DNA of 64,000 nucleotides, taken from the NCBI GenBank assembly GCA_050298055.1, contig JBNKTL010000001.1, forward strand, positions 133,659-197,658, read 5' to 3'. Position numbers and translations under genes: made by a program. This DNA is from Spirochaetota bacterium. GTDB taxonomy: Bacteria; Spirochaetota; UBA4802; UBA5550. This document shows positions 10,535-20,711 of this stretch, in pieces; the stretch's first letter is position 1; the number at the start of each line of letters is the position of its first letter. A model generated the notes under the pieces. It did no database searches. It was not told the origin of the DNA and worked only from the letters and a program-made list of their open reading frames with translations.

Positions 10535-11164
10535 ATGTCTAAAAAAAAGAAGAAAAATCCTTCTCGCAATAAAAATAATGACGTAATAGAAGGAACCGAT
10601 ATAAAGAAAGAAGTTGTTCTCGGAGAAGAGAACAAATCAAACAGGGTTTATATTATTGCAGTTACATTAATTGCAATTGCCAGCGGTGTAATCTACTTTC
10701 TCAATAAAGGAAGAGACAGCAGAAAAACATTTCAGACCAGGATAAATCAACCGGTAAATTTGCAAAAGCAATCCTCTTTCTCTACCGAAAGGAACAGCAT
10801 TACCAAAAAAATTCTATCCTATGATATATCAATCTTCAGTGACGGGAAAGCAAAATATTTTCAGTACAGGTACGGGAATCTGAACATCAGGTATTTTATA
10901 CTCAAGAGTTCAGATGGTGTTATCAGGGCCGCATTTGATGCATGTGATGTTTGCTGGCCTGCTGGGAAGGGATATTATCAGAAAGATGACAAAATGATCT
11001 GCAGGAACTGCGGAAAAAGATTTGCTTCCAGGCTTGTGAATGAAATCCGAGGTGGATGTAATCCGGCACCTATTAACAGAAAAATTGTAGATGGCCGGGT
11101 TGTAATCAATGTTACTGATATCATCCGCGGCGCCGGCTATTTCAATTTTACAGGGAGGAGTTGA
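10535..11164 (+). CDS. DUF2318 (FtrD-like) membrane-anchored Cys-rich Fe-S candidate protein
   Basis: SD AGGAG; TM helix; AFDACDVC...CRNCG...GGCNP motif. Confidence 0.85.
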   Translation: MSKKKKKNPSRNKNNDVIEGTDIKKEVVLGEENKSNRVYIIAVTLIAIASGVIYFLNKGRDSRKTFQTRINQPVNLQKQSSFSTERNSITKKILSYDISIFSDGKAKYFQYRYGNLNIRYFILKSSDGVIRAAFDACDVCWPAGKGYYQKDDKMICRNCGKRFASRLVNEIRGGCNPAPINRKIVDGRVVINVTDIIRGAGYFNFTGRS

Positions 11165-11167
11165 TAG

Positions 11168-12322
11168 ATGAATGTAGGTGATATATCAATAAAAAACCTG
11201 TTGAGGCGCAAGGGGAGAGCGGCATTTCTCCTGGGAGGACTGGTTATAGGTATTTCTACTGTTGTTGCCATAACCAGTTTTGCCGGCTCTCTTACCAGGG
11301 ATATCAATGAAAAAATCGAAAAGTTTGGCGCGAATATATTGATTGTCCCAAAAACAGAGAACCTCTCCCTGACATACGGGGATTTCTCCATGGGAGGGGT
11401 TTCCTTCGAAATGAAAGAGATTAAAGAGTCCAACATTGAGAAGATTTACACCATTAAAAATGCAGGGAATATTGCAGCAACAGGTCCAATGGTGCTGGGA
11501 ACTGTTAAACTTAAAAACACCAAGGTCCTCATGGCAGGAGTCAACTTCAGTGTAAGCAAAATACTCAAACCATGGTGGAAGGTAAGTGGAAAACTGCCGG
11601 AAAAGACAGAACTCCTTCTCGGTTCAAAAGTTTCAAAAGTCTTAAATCTCAAGCAGGGAGACAGAGTCAGAATCAAGAAAACGGAACTTACGGTTTCCGG
11701 GATTCTGAATCCAACAGGTTCACAGGATGATCAGCTTCTTTTTGTAAATCTTAAAACCGCTCAGAGGACTCTGAATAAAGAAGGAAGAATTTCCATGGTA
11801 GAGGTGGCCGCACTCTGCAATGCCTGCCCCATAGAAGACATGGTAAAGCAGATATCCGAGGTTATACCAAACCAGAAGGTGATGGCCATACAGCAGGTTG
11901 TCAGGGGAAGAATGGAAACCCTTGTGCAATTCAAAAAGTTTTCCTATGGAATTTCAGGTGTGATACTTTTCATTGGAAGCCTGATTGTTCTGGTCAGCAT
12001 GATGGGAAGTATTCGTGAAAGAAAATACGAGATAGGCATATTCAGGGCGGTAGGGTTCCGCAGAAGAGATGTTATGAGCCTGGTTATGATTGAGGCAGGC
12101 GTTCTCTCCGCAATAGCCGGGATAACAGGATACGGAATCGGTCTTTTAGCAGCAAAAATTGCCCTGAACCTCTTTACCGGAAATAGAATCCCTGTCCCCT
12201 TCCAGCCTGAACTTGCCGTAAGTGCTTTTATACTTGCAATGGCAGTTGGTCTTCTGGGAAGTATTTATCCCGCTCTTCTGGCAGCAAGGATGGATCCCAA
12301 TGAAGCATTAAGGGCACTCTAG
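11168..12322 (+). CDS. ABC transporter permease, MacB/FtsX family
   Basis: N-terminal TM, periplasmic domain with CNAC, RERKYEIGIFRAVG, three C-terminal TMs, RMDPNEALR. Confidence 0.92.
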   Translation: MNVGDISIKNLLRRKGRAAFLLGGLVIGISTVVAITSFAGSLTRDINEKIEKFGANILIVPKTENLSLTYGDFSMGGVSFEMKEIKESNIEKIYTIKNAGNIAATGPMVLGTVKLKNTKVLMAGVNFSVSKILKPWWKVSGKLPEKTELLLGSKVSKVLNLKQGDRVRIKKTELTVSGILNPTGSQDDQLLFVNLKTAQRTLNKEGRISMVEVAALCNACPIEDMVKQISEVIPNQKVMAIQQVVRGRMETLVQFKKFSYGISGVILFIGSLIVLVSMMGSIRERKYEIGIFRAVGFRRRDVMSLVMIEAGVLSAIAGITGYGIGLLAAKIALNLFTGNRIPVPFQPELAVSAFILAMAVGLLGSIYPALLAARMDPNEALRAL

Positions 12323-12329
12323 GAGAACG

Positions 12330-13046
12330 ATGATGATCAAAAAAACACAAAACAGTTTTGTTATAGCAAAAAATCTGATAAAGAACTACGGTACGGGCAA
12401 TATAATTGTCAATGCACTGGCCAATGTAAGTTTCAGAATTGAGGCAGGAGACTTTATAAGCATCATGGGCGAATCAGGTTCTGGAAAATCAACCCTCCTT
12501 TCGATTCTGGGAGCAATGAACAGTCCCACTGCGGGCGAACTCTCTGTGGATGATATCAACATCTACAACCTTACCGGAGACAGGCGATCCGATTTCAGGA
12601 GAGAATACCTGGGTTTTGTTTTCCAGAACTTTCATCTTCTTCCTTACTTATCTGTAATTGAGAATGTCATGCTTCCTCTTGCTACAATCGAAAAAAGGAG
12701 AAACGAGAAGAAGGAGATGGCAGAGGAGACGCTGGTAAAAGTCGGCCTCAAGGAGGAGAGAAACAGGCTCCCCGGTGAAATTTCCGGCGGACAGAAAGAA
12801 AGAGTAGCAATAGCACGGGCTATAGTCAATAACCCTCCGCTTTTGCTGGCAGATGAGCCTACAGGAAATCTTGATACGAATACAACTAACGAGATCATGA
12901 ACCTTTTACAGAAGCTTAATAGTGAAGGGACAACAATTGTAATGGTTTCTCATAGCCATAATGCTGCATCCTTCGGGCGCAGGTTACTCGTTATGAACGA
13001 TGGCAGAATTACCGAACAGAGTAACAGGTTTATCAGAAACGGATAA
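12330..13046 (+). CDS. ABC transporter ATP-binding protein (LolD/MacB type)
   Basis: GESGSGKST, ISGGQKERVAIARA, LLADEPTGNLD. Confidence 0.96.
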   Translation: MMIKKTQNSFVIAKNLIKNYGTGNIIVNALANVSFRIEAGDFISIMGESGSGKSTLLSILGAMNSPTAGELSVDDINIYNLTGDRRSDFRREYLGFVFQNFHLLPYLSVIENVMLPLATIEKRRNEKKEMAEETLVKVGLKEERNRLPGEISGGQKERVAIARAIVNNPPLLLADEPTGNLDTNTTNEIMNLLQKLNSEGTTIVMVSHSHNAASFGRRLLVMNDGRITEQSNRFIRNG

Positions 13047-13058
13047 AATTATCTCACA

Positions 13059-13100
13059 TTCCTGCAGCAACAGCATAAACCTGTTGCTGCAGGAAAAAAA
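13059..13100. terminator. Strong hairpin after the ABC operon, probable terminator
   Basis: TTCCTGCAGCAACAG-CATAAAC-CTGTTGCTGCAGGAA, a 15-bp perfect stem followed by an A run (U-tract only on the minus strand). Confidence 0.6.
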
Positions 13101-13413
13101 CAAATATTCTTTATTTGAAGATATTTATATATGACAATAATTTTCTTTTGGGAAAATTAAATAAATATTATTGTCACAGAATAAATTTGATGAAATAAAA
13201 CTATACATAATCAATAAAAAACGCATTTTCTAATGAGACATAAAAATTTATATTGACAAAATATCCATAATGATGTGAACTAGATATTTTAGTAGAATAT
13301 GTATATATTAATAAGATTTCAATTCTTGAGTTACTCACCTCCGGTCATATAACGCTTTCGTTAGGTTCTGCAGAGGACTGCCGGAAAAAGCCCGGGGAAT
13401 AAGGAGACATAAC

Positions 13414-15813
13414 ATGGTTCTAAATATTATTACATTTACCAGCTGTGTACTGATGCTGATCCTGTTCAGGAAACTGGATAAATCAAACATGAAGATGAGT
13501 AAACTGCGTAAGTACTCATCGAAAATGTTTGATGAATACAAGAAGCTCGCCGAAAGTGAAAGAACCAAATTTAATGATGCAACCATCGAGATGGATATTC
13601 TTATTAAAAAAGCAGGGTCACTTACGGAAAACCTGGGCAAATCCCTTATTGAAATTGAGAAAAGACTTTCCGGTCTTAATGTTGAGAAGTCCAACCTGAT
13701 GAAGGTTGAAGACGATCTGAAAGTGATCTCACATGCCGCAAAGGATGTTAACATGCAGATTGAGTTTATCGCAACGGCAAAGAAGGATTTTTCAGATATG
13801 TCAAAAAAGATATCTCTCCTCAACAATGACCTGTCAAAGGTAAAATCTGAAACAACAAACATCCTTCACACTTTCAATAACAGGATGAAAGAGAGGAGCG
13901 AAGAAATCTCCGGAGAGTTCAAGAACCTTTTTAACAAGATGATGGAATCCTTTACAGAAACAGAAGATAAACTCTTAGAGGACTCTGAGATCAAGATGAT
14001 CAACCTTGCAAATAACTATACCCAGTCGGTCACCGATCTGGAAAAGGACCTTACGGAAACAGGAGACTCTATTCTGAGCAGGTTCAGGGACGATGCCGAA
14101 AAAATATCAAACACAATAGGAGCGGCATCAGATCTTGACAGGCAGATCAATGACCTGAGAGATACCCTGAACGACCTTGAAAGCAACATCTTTTCAGAAA
14201 TATCAAAAAAAACAGAGGAACTCAATTCAAACATCGAACAATCAGGTGAAGAGATCGCTTCCCGGAGTTCACAGCTCATGGATGAAGTAAAAGCTGAGAT
14301 TAACCTGGTCATAAAAGACCTGGATGAAAAATCCGGTGAACTGAGAGAGGAGATCAGGGACTCCATAAAAGAGTTTAACAATAACAAGGCAGACCTGGTC
14401 CACAATATGGACTTAGAGATAAACAAAATATACAACAAGCTCAATACAGTAGAATCAAATGTCAATGAATCAAAACAGAAGCTCATAAAGACATTTGAAC
14501 ATGAAGTTGAAAAGGTGCGAACTGAGCTTGACAACCTCAGTATCCACGCAATTTCAAAAAAGGATGAGATTGTCCAGGCAACAAGAAGGGAAGCAAGCGA
14601 GATAATGGGTAAGATCGAGAACTTTGAAGAAAGGTTCATTGACCTTGAATCAAAGCTCATTGATACTGCTGAAGAGAAGATGGACAACCTGGACTCGGAA
14701 TATCAATCTATAGAACTGCGATTCAAAAACCTGTCAGAGAAACTCAGCACCAGGGAGAATGATTTTAATAACAACCTGGACAGCCAGAACGAAAAGCTTG
14801 GAAGGGAATTTCTTATTCTTGAACAGCGCCTGGAGTCAATTAAAAATGAAATTGTCAGCTACGAGGAAAACAACAGGATCTTCAGCAGATCGGATACAAT
14901 GATACAGAAAGTTGAAACCTCAATGAAAGAATTCGACAGGATCCTTCAGGAGTCGAAGGAGAAGTCCCGGGAACTGGAAAAATTTATTGCAGACAGCGAC
15001 CATATTAAGGACCTCAAAAAGTCCATTGGGAGAGAGATAAAATCTTACCAGGCAAAAAGGGAGAAACTCGAGGATTCAGAGAGAAGAATCAGGGGGCTTA
15101 TGGAAGTAAGTGACGAGGTGCTCAACAGAACGGAAGCCCTGGATGAAAAGATTTCCCGGATAGATGCCGTTGCTGACAGAATTGACCTGCTTTCGGAGAG
15201 ATACGCGGACCTGGAAGCAAGGATCGAAGAGCTCAGTGAATATGAAGATGTTATCAGCAAAAACCTTGAGTCGGTTAACAAGTCCGACCTGATCATACAG
15301 ACCCTTGACAGCAAGATCAGATCTTTTCAGAAAACCGTTGAAAACTCAAACAAGAAAGCGGATAAAATTTCAAACAGTCTCAAAGAGATCGAAGAAAACA
15401 CCCTTATACTCCAGTCAAGGGAGAGGGAGATCCAGGAAGTTAAGGACAAATTCAATGATATCGAGGGAGTTTCTGAGCTTATTGAAAGCAGGGTAAACCA
15501 GATAAATGCAATGTTCAATAAGGTAGAGACACTGAGACAGGAGATGGATGAGACCGACGAAAGGCTCCAGCTCATGTTTCATGATACCGACAAAAAGATG
15601 AAGGAGTTCGCAGATTTTATAAAATCAGTAGACAAGATCAGCACTATCAGCAGGGAAGTGAAGAGCGCAAGCCTTCCCACGGACCTTAACGAAAGCACAA
15701 TCAGAACGATCAGGAACCTTTCGGAAAAGGGATGGAACCCCGGTGATATTTCAAAGAAATTGATGATGGACGAGAATACAGTCCGATTGATTATCAATAC
15801 TGCATCACTCTAG
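13414..15813 (+). CDS. SpiroCoCo-like long coiled-coil protein
   Basis: SD AAGGAG; N-terminal TM followed by RKLDKSN..K; ~700 aa heptad-rich region; C-terminal GW..DIS..L...E HTH-like tail, as recalled for spirochete coiled-coil proteins. Confidence 0.75.
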   Translation: MVLNIITFTSCVLMLILFRKLDKSNMKMSKLRKYSSKMFDEYKKLAESERTKFNDATIEMDILIKKAGSLTENLGKSLIEIEKRLSGLNVEKSNLMKVEDDLKVISHAAKDVNMQIEFIATAKKDFSDMSKKISLLNNDLSKVKSETTNILHTFNNRMKERSEEISGEFKNLFNKMMESFTETEDKLLEDSEIKMINLANNYTQSVTDLEKDLTETGDSILSRFRDDAEKISNTIGAASDLDRQINDLRDTLNDLESNIFSEISKKTEELNSNIEQSGEEIASRSSQLMDEVKAEINLVIKDLDEKSGELREEIRDSIKEFNNNKADLVHNMDLEINKIYNKLNTVESNVNESKQKLIKTFEHEVEKVRTELDNLSIHAISKKDEIVQATRREASEIMGKIENFEERFIDLESKLIDTAEEKMDNLDSEYQSIELRFKNLSEKLSTRENDFNNNLDSQNEKLGREFLILEQRLESIKNEIVSYEENNRIFSRSDTMIQKVETSMKEFDRILQESKEKSRELEKFIADSDHIKDLKKSIGREIKSYQAKREKLEDSERRIRGLMEVSDEVLNRTEALDEKISRIDAVADRIDLLSERYADLEARIEELSEYEDVISKNLESVNKSDLIIQTLDSKIRSFQKTVENSNKKADKISNSLKEIEENTLILQSREREIQEVKDKFNDIEGVSELIESRVNQINAMFNKVETLRQEMDETDERLQLMFHDTDKKMKEFADFIKSVDKISTISREVKSASLPTDLNESTIRTIRNLSEKGWNPGDISKKLMMDENTVRLIINTASL

Positions 15814-16409
15814 GACTCGTCCCTCATCTTCTGCTGGACCTCTTTGAGAATATCCTCATCTGAAATGGTTTTTCTCAATATCACCCTGTACCTCACGTCA
15901 AGTTTTGTGGGATGTACAACTGTCTTTGGAAATTTGAAATTCCACCTCTGGATATCTTCAGTAAGAAGCCTGTCGACCTCTACAATATAAGTGGGTCTCT
16001 GAGGCCTGACTTTCATGATATTTCCCGAATCAGGGTAAAGCCAGATGGTTATCAGGCCCTCTCTTACTTCATCGATCTTGTTCATCTTCTTTATCTCATC
16101 ACTTATATAGCTGTCACCGCCGGGATCTTTCACTCTCTCAATAGTTGATCCGTATTTCAACTGTGAAACAATATAGTGTTTGGAGGTAAGCAGAACACGG
16201 AAAGTTTCCTGTGTCTTTTTGTCATATTCAAGAAAATCCCTGTTTTCAATAACGATTTTATCACCTGCTTTCTCCAGTTTTGAAAGTAATTCACTGTCAA
16301 CCTTTTCACCCGTTCCGCCATCTGTTCCTTTTTGAACCGATGTACATCCGGCGATAAATACAAAAAGGAGAAGGGTTATTAAGGCTTTTGTCTGCATTCT
16401 GTCCATCAT
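15810..16409 (-). CDS. Lipoprotein resembling the Leptospira LA_2219-type family
   Basis: Lipobox FIAG-C; FRV...Y.V.Q...DPGGD...D..RW.F pattern recalled from Leptospira lipoproteins (not search-verified). Confidence 0.55.
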   Translation of the reverse strand: MMDRMQTKALITLLLFVFIAGCTSVQKGTDGGTGEKVDSELLSKLEKAGDKIVIENRDFLEYDKKTQETFRVLLTSKHYIVSQLKYGSTIERVKDPGGDSYISDEIKKMNKIDEVREGLITIWLYPDSGNIMKVRPQRPTYIVEVDRLLTEDIQRWNFKFPKTVVHPTKLDVRYRVILRKTISDEDILKEVQQKMRDES

Positions 16410-16427
16410 AAGTTACTCCACGAATAT

Positions 16428-16700
16428 TTATTCAGGCTGTTCCGGGGCCCTGTCTTTTTCTCTGTCGGCAAGATAGTTACCCAGGGCATCGATGCCCTCT
16501 TTCAGATCCTGGAACTTAGATATATCAAGAGAAATTCCTTTCTGTGTGGGTTTATAGATATAATCTCCCGTTTCCTGATCTATCTGTTTTGATCTGTACC
16601 ATATCCTGATATTGATGAGCTCTCGCCCCTCAAACTCCGATATTTCGATCTTAATTATTTCACTATTGTTTTTCTTTAACTCTCTGATTAAAACACCCAT
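16428..16700 (-). CDS. PC4/YdbC family ssDNA-binding protein
   Basis: ISEFEGRELINIRIWY...KPTQKGISL. Confidence 0.88.
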   Translation of the reverse strand: MGVLIRELKKNNSEIIKIEISEFEGRELINIRIWYRSKQIDQETGDYIYKPTQKGISLDISKFQDLKEGIDALGNYLADREKDRAPEQPE

Positions 16701-16738
16701 TGAAAACTCCGTTTTTAAATATTCTTTTGCTGATATAC

Positions 16739-17524
16739 CTAGCTGATGTGGCTGATGATATCCTCAATTCCGGCAAAATACTCATTCAGGCCATAGAGAA
16801 AAATATTGTTGTGATTTGCTTTTTTTATTTCTATGAACCTCTTATAGTGTGCATTGCTTCTCTGGTAAAGCGCCTCTCCGTCAGTAAAAGGAATAATATG
16901 ATCCTTCTCCGCATGGATAACAAGGGTGGGTTTTGTCACCCTGGAGATTTTTTCAATATTCCTGAAACCCGCCTCCTCCCTGAGACCAATTGCTTCGGTA
17001 TCCACTCCGAGAAAACTCATCAGGGGTACAGAATAGGCAAAACCGCTCTCAATAATAAGAGCATCAATTTCATCATTATAGGTTGAGGCAAGCTCCAGGG
17101 CGGAAGCGCTGCCCAGGGACCTTCCCATAATGATAAACTTACCGGTAAAACCGTTGTTGTCCAACAGGCTTCTGGCAAAGCTGTAAACAAGATGGGAATC
17201 ACTCATCATGTTAGAAACCGATGGTTCACCTGTAGATTTACCATATCCCCTGTAATCTATGGGAAAGAAGTTAATACCCTTATTCATGAGTATTTTACCA
17301 AGGTCATCATAATCCGATATTATCTCACCGTTCCCATGGAAGTAGAGCATGGTGGGAACAGCTCTGTCCGATTCAAAGATGCTTCCGGATATTAAAATCC
17401 CGTCCTCAGTTTCTATAGAAACATCTGTCTTCCCGGGAATTTCCGCATTTACGGTCTCTTCCTTCCTGGGGTGAAAGAGAAACTCTGTTACCATTGGGTT
17501 GTCATATTCTGAATATGATTCCAT
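16739..17524 (-). CDS. Alpha/beta hydrolase
   Basis: FHGNGE, DYRGYG, GRSLG nucleophile elbow, D and H (ANHN) triad residues; ATG 17524 preferred over TTG 17569. Confidence 0.9.
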   Translation of the reverse strand: MESYSEYDNPMVTEFLFHPRKEETVNAEIPGKTDVSIETEDGILISGSIFESDRAVPTMLYFHGNGEIISDYDDLGKILMNKGINFFPIDYRGYGKSTGEPSVSNMMSDSHLVYSFARSLLDNNGFTGKFIIMGRSLGSASALELASTYNDEIDALIIESGFAYSVPLMSFLGVDTEAIGLREEAGFRNIEKISRVTKPTLVIHAEKDHIIPFTDGEALYQRSNAHYKRFIEIKKANHNNIFLYGLNEYFAGIEDIISHIS

Positions 17525-17617
17525 AACTCTTTTATCAATCAAATATATACCTGAAGTACTAATATACAAAAGACAAAAGACTTTTTAAAGGAAAAAATTA
17601 CAATTAAAATATAAAAG

Positions 17618-17756
17618 AACAGATTCATCTATGTATAAAAATAGATATGTTAATGAACAAAAGATAACCATTATGTTCCCGCCGCCTTCGGCGGCGGGAC
17701 ATATTATTGGCATTTTATTAATTATGTTAATTTTCAGCCATAAACTGAATAGTTAC
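17618..17756 (-). repeat. Family A MITE-like element, copy 2
   Basis: Hairpin CCCGCCGCC-TTC-GGCGGCGGG (17678-17698); terminus AACTGAATAGTTAC at 17743-17756. Confidence 0.85.
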
Positions 17757-17911
17757 ATGAGATTTTTTATTGGAAGAAAAGGGGAAAAATTAATTCTTTA
17801 CACTGAGGGGAAAAACTGATTAACTTTCATTTTTGAATAAAATGAGAGAGTAAACAGTCTTTCTCAGGGAAAAGAAACACAGAAATATGAGAGATTGATT
17901 TTAAGGAAAAT

Positions 17912-18619
17912 ATGAAAAGAAATATTGCAAAATACGATATTTATAAGCTGGATAACTATCTCATAAGGTTCGGATATATCCTGTTGCCAATATCAATCAT
18001 TTCCCTGATTGCCTCTCATCCTGTTAAGCTGATTAAACAGGGAGAATCATATTTTCATTTATCCATACCGGGGTTCCTCTTGCTGGGCAGCATTTTCATG
18101 CTTTATAACGGTTACCTTATCAGGAGGAAGGAGAACAGAATTAACTCCATTCTCAGGAACTTTGAAATTGCCCGGGAGATATCCGTTCCGGAACTGATAC
18201 AAAATACAGAGTATACGAAGGAACATCTTCAGGAAGCCATACAGGTCATCAATACCAGAGGTCTTGGCTATTATGTGTGGAACAGGGAGACAAATACCAT
18301 TGCTGATGGAAGGCTCATGAGGCGGATGGTATTTGTTGATAACTGTACATCCTGCGGCAGGAAAATCGGAAAAAAATTCTCCCTGGTCATGGACCATCTG
18401 CCTGAATGTCCCTCCTGCGGATCTCCTCTTGATATCGACCAGTGGAATAATCTTAAGATCAGGGAACTGGACAAGATAGACAGTGAAACAGTACAGGCGC
18501 ACGCCCATTTGAAAAAAAAGCCCATAAACATAGTGCTATTGATATTCCTGGTAATCTTCTTCTGGCCGGCAGCTATTATCTATGCTTACAAGTGGTACAG
18601 GGATATGAAAAAAATTTAG
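17912..18619 (+). CDS. Hypothetical membrane protein with zinc ribbon
   Basis: Two N-terminal TMs, CTSCG...CPSCG, C-terminal TM. Confidence 0.75.
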   Translation: MKRNIAKYDIYKLDNYLIRFGYILLPISIISLIASHPVKLIKQGESYFHLSIPGFLLLGSIFMLYNGYLIRRKENRINSILRNFEIAREISVPELIQNTEYTKEHLQEAIQVINTRGLGYYVWNRETNTIADGRLMRRMVFVDNCTSCGRKIGKKFSLVMDHLPECPSCGSPLDIDQWNNLKIRELDKIDSETVQAHAHLKKKPINIVLLIFLVIFFWPAAIIYAYKWYRDMKKI

Positions 18620-18725
18620 CTTTCAACGATTTCTTTTGAAAATGACAAAGCATTATATTATTTATGAATGTATATTGATAAAAAAATTTTTAAACATTTG
18701 AAGAAGTTTAAAGAGGGAGGATTCG

Positions 18726-19526
18726 TTAAAGAGATCTGAATATTTGCCTGATATTGGAAAAACTGTCTGAATTGTAGACCAGGGCAAAATCGGTGAGCTC
18801 ATACCTGTTCTCAATAATATTTTTGATATCCAGTTCCTCTCCGTTTAGATACTTAATGTTTCCACCGGCCTTTTTAATAACCGGTATTGCTCCTGCCCAG
18901 TCCCAGAGATATGATTTTCCCATAAAGGCCAACACCCTGTTTCTTCTGTTATCCACGGTCAAACAGGCGTGGAGGGCTGTTGATCCGATATTTCGGACCT
19001 TTCCGATAAAATCCACATAAAACTTTCCATAGATCTCCGTGGAGGAGAAGATATTTGTTTCACTGTCTATGACCATGTCCTTGTTGACTTTGACAATTTT
19101 CCCGTTGAGATATGAATTTTCATCATCATTGTGGAAAAGCATGGATGAACCGGGGGAATAGACAAATCCGTATACCGGTCTGTAACCCTGCATGATACCC
19201 ACCGATACACACCAGAGGGGAAGATGCATGCTGAACATGGCTGTACCGTCGATTGGATCAATAATGCAGTTGATCCCCTCTTCATTAATGTGATTCGTCC
19301 TTCTATCGAAGTTTTCTTCATGGATAAATTGTATGTTCTCTATTCTGCTTCCAATCTTCTCAATGAGATAGTCCTGCACCATGTGGTCGGCTTCAGTTAC
19401 TATGGAGCTGTCTTCCTTACGGTGAACTTTCAGTTTCCCCTTCTGTATCCTGCCGGCAGAAACCCCTGCCTCGATAACGGCATTTTTTATAAAGTTTATA
19501 TCATCAATAGATAAGATATGACCCAT
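18726..19526 (-). CDS. Inositol monophosphatase family protein (divergent paralog)
   Basis: VTEAD, HEE, DPIDGT, WDWAG. Confidence 0.88.
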   Translation of the reverse strand: MGHILSIDDINFIKNAVIEAGVSAGRIQKGKLKVHRKEDSSIVTEADHMVQDYLIEKIGSRIENIQFIHEENFDRRTNHINEEGINCIIDPIDGTAMFSMHLPLWCVSVGIMQGYRPVYGFVYSPGSSMLFHNDDENSYLNGKIVKVNKDMVIDSETNIFSSTEIYGKFYVDFIGKVRNIGSTALHACLTVDNRRNRVLAFMGKSYLWDWAGAIPVIKKAGGNIKYLNGEELDIKNIIENRYELTDFALVYNSDSFSNIRQIFRSL

Positions 19527-19558
19527 AATTTCTCCCGGTTCGGTAAACTTTTGAAAGA

Positions 19559-19696
19559 GTAACGACTCAGTTAAGTATAAATATCATTATATTTATTGAA
19601 AACAAAACTGATATGTACCCGCCGCCCAGGGCGGCGGGTACATATTGTTGATATTTAAATAATTATTTAATTTCAAACATAGAGTTGAATCGTTCA
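19559..19696 (-). repeat. Family A MITE-like element, copy 3 (most complete)
   Basis: Termini GTAACGACTCAGTT and AGTTGAATCGTTC; perfect 35-bp central palindrome ATATGTACCCGCCGCCC-A-GGGCGGCGGGTACATAT (19611-19645). Confidence 0.9.
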
Positions 19697-19780
19697 TGAA
19701 ATATTATTGACTTAAGAGATATTAAATATTCGTTGGAATAGATTTTAATTCAACCAGAATTTTACAATCAGGTAATAATA

Positions 19781-20299
19781 ATGAGAAAGTATTTATCTTC
19801 AATAATAATTTTCACAGCCACCCTTGTGCTGGATATAATCAGCAAGTACCTGGTGGTTGTTTATATCGGCGATCATGGACGGCACGACTTCCTGGGAGGG
19901 TTCCTGAGGATATCACTGGTCTATAACAAGGGCGGCGTTTTCGGTATCCTTCAGGGATACAAGAACGTGTTCCTGGTGGTCTCAATTATTGTCCTGGCCA
20001 TAATGGTGGCCTACTTTTTTCTTGAAAAAAACAGGACAGAGCTTTTCAGCATTTCCATGTCGCTGATAATCAGCGGTGCCGTGGGAAATATTATCGACAG
20101 GCTCATAGCGGACAGGCCCGGTGTGGTGGACTTTATTTCACTTGGTGTGGACGGGATTTACAGGTGGCCTTCTTTCAATGTAGCCGATGCGGTAATAATA
20201 GTCGGGGCATTTCTCCTGGTACTGGTTTTTTACAGGGAGGAGAAAAAGAGAAAAGCTGTTGAAAAAAGTCATGCCGAAGAGAGCAATAATAATCAGTAA
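19781..20299 (+). CDS. lspA: Lipoprotein signal peptidase II
   Basis: NKGGVFG, GAVGNIIDR, VVDFI, FNVAD. Confidence 0.96.
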   Translation: MRKYLSSIIIFTATLVLDIISKYLVVVYIGDHGRHDFLGGFLRISLVYNKGGVFGILQGYKNVFLVVSIIVLAIMVAYFFLEKNRTELFSISMSLIISGAVGNIIDRLIADRPGVVDFISLGVDGIYRWPSFNVADAVIIVGAFLLVLVFYREEKKRKAVEKSHAEESNNNQ

Positions 20300-20706
20300 T
20301 CGACGATCTCAATATCCCCGTCAGCAAAGACATCTTTCCCTTTAGATCCCCTGACCCTGTAGTGCCCCTCCCTGTAAAAGGAGAGGTTTGTCACGGCCCT
20401 TGATTCTTCCGGTTTTACATTCAGAGTAAGTTTGTCAACCGAAACCTCCCGGGGAGTTCCCGGCTTGCCAAAATTCTCAAGTTCAGAGACCGAGACAGTG
20501 ATCTTTTCGGTTTCAAAGGGAGTCTTGCTTTTTATCACCGCAGTAAGGTCTCCTGTTTCGAACTTTGTCCCGCAGTTTATCTCCCTGCCATCTTTATCAA
20601 CTCCTTCACAGAAGAGCAGATTTTTACTCTCTTTACACCCGGTGTGCAGTATGATGAAAAGAACAAGTATTTTAACCAGACGTTTTCGTATCATTTTCCC
20701 ATTCAT
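20293..20706 (-). CDS. Hypothetical lipoprotein
   Basis: Signal peptide with HTG-C lipobox-like site; directly downstream of rtcB. Confidence 0.65.
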   Translation of the reverse strand: MNGKMIRKRLVKILVLFIILHTGCKESKNLLFCEGVDKDGREINCGTKFETGDLTAVIKSKTPFETEKITVSVSELENFGKPGTPREVSVDKLTLNVKPEESRAVTNLSFYREGHYRVRGSKGKDVFADGDIEIVDY

Positions 20707-20711
20707 GACTT

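Noticed and set aside
6004..11164. Selenocysteine recoding in the Cys-rich or sulfur genes
   Set aside because: No in-frame TGA at a conserved Cys position. The missing MnmA Cys site contains ordinary sense codons.
13340..13385. Purine riboswitch (TCATATAA...GTTCTGC...GACT resemblance)
   Set aside because: Too short, lacks the kissing-loop sequences, and the downstream gene is unrelated to purines. Kept only as a generic structure candidate.
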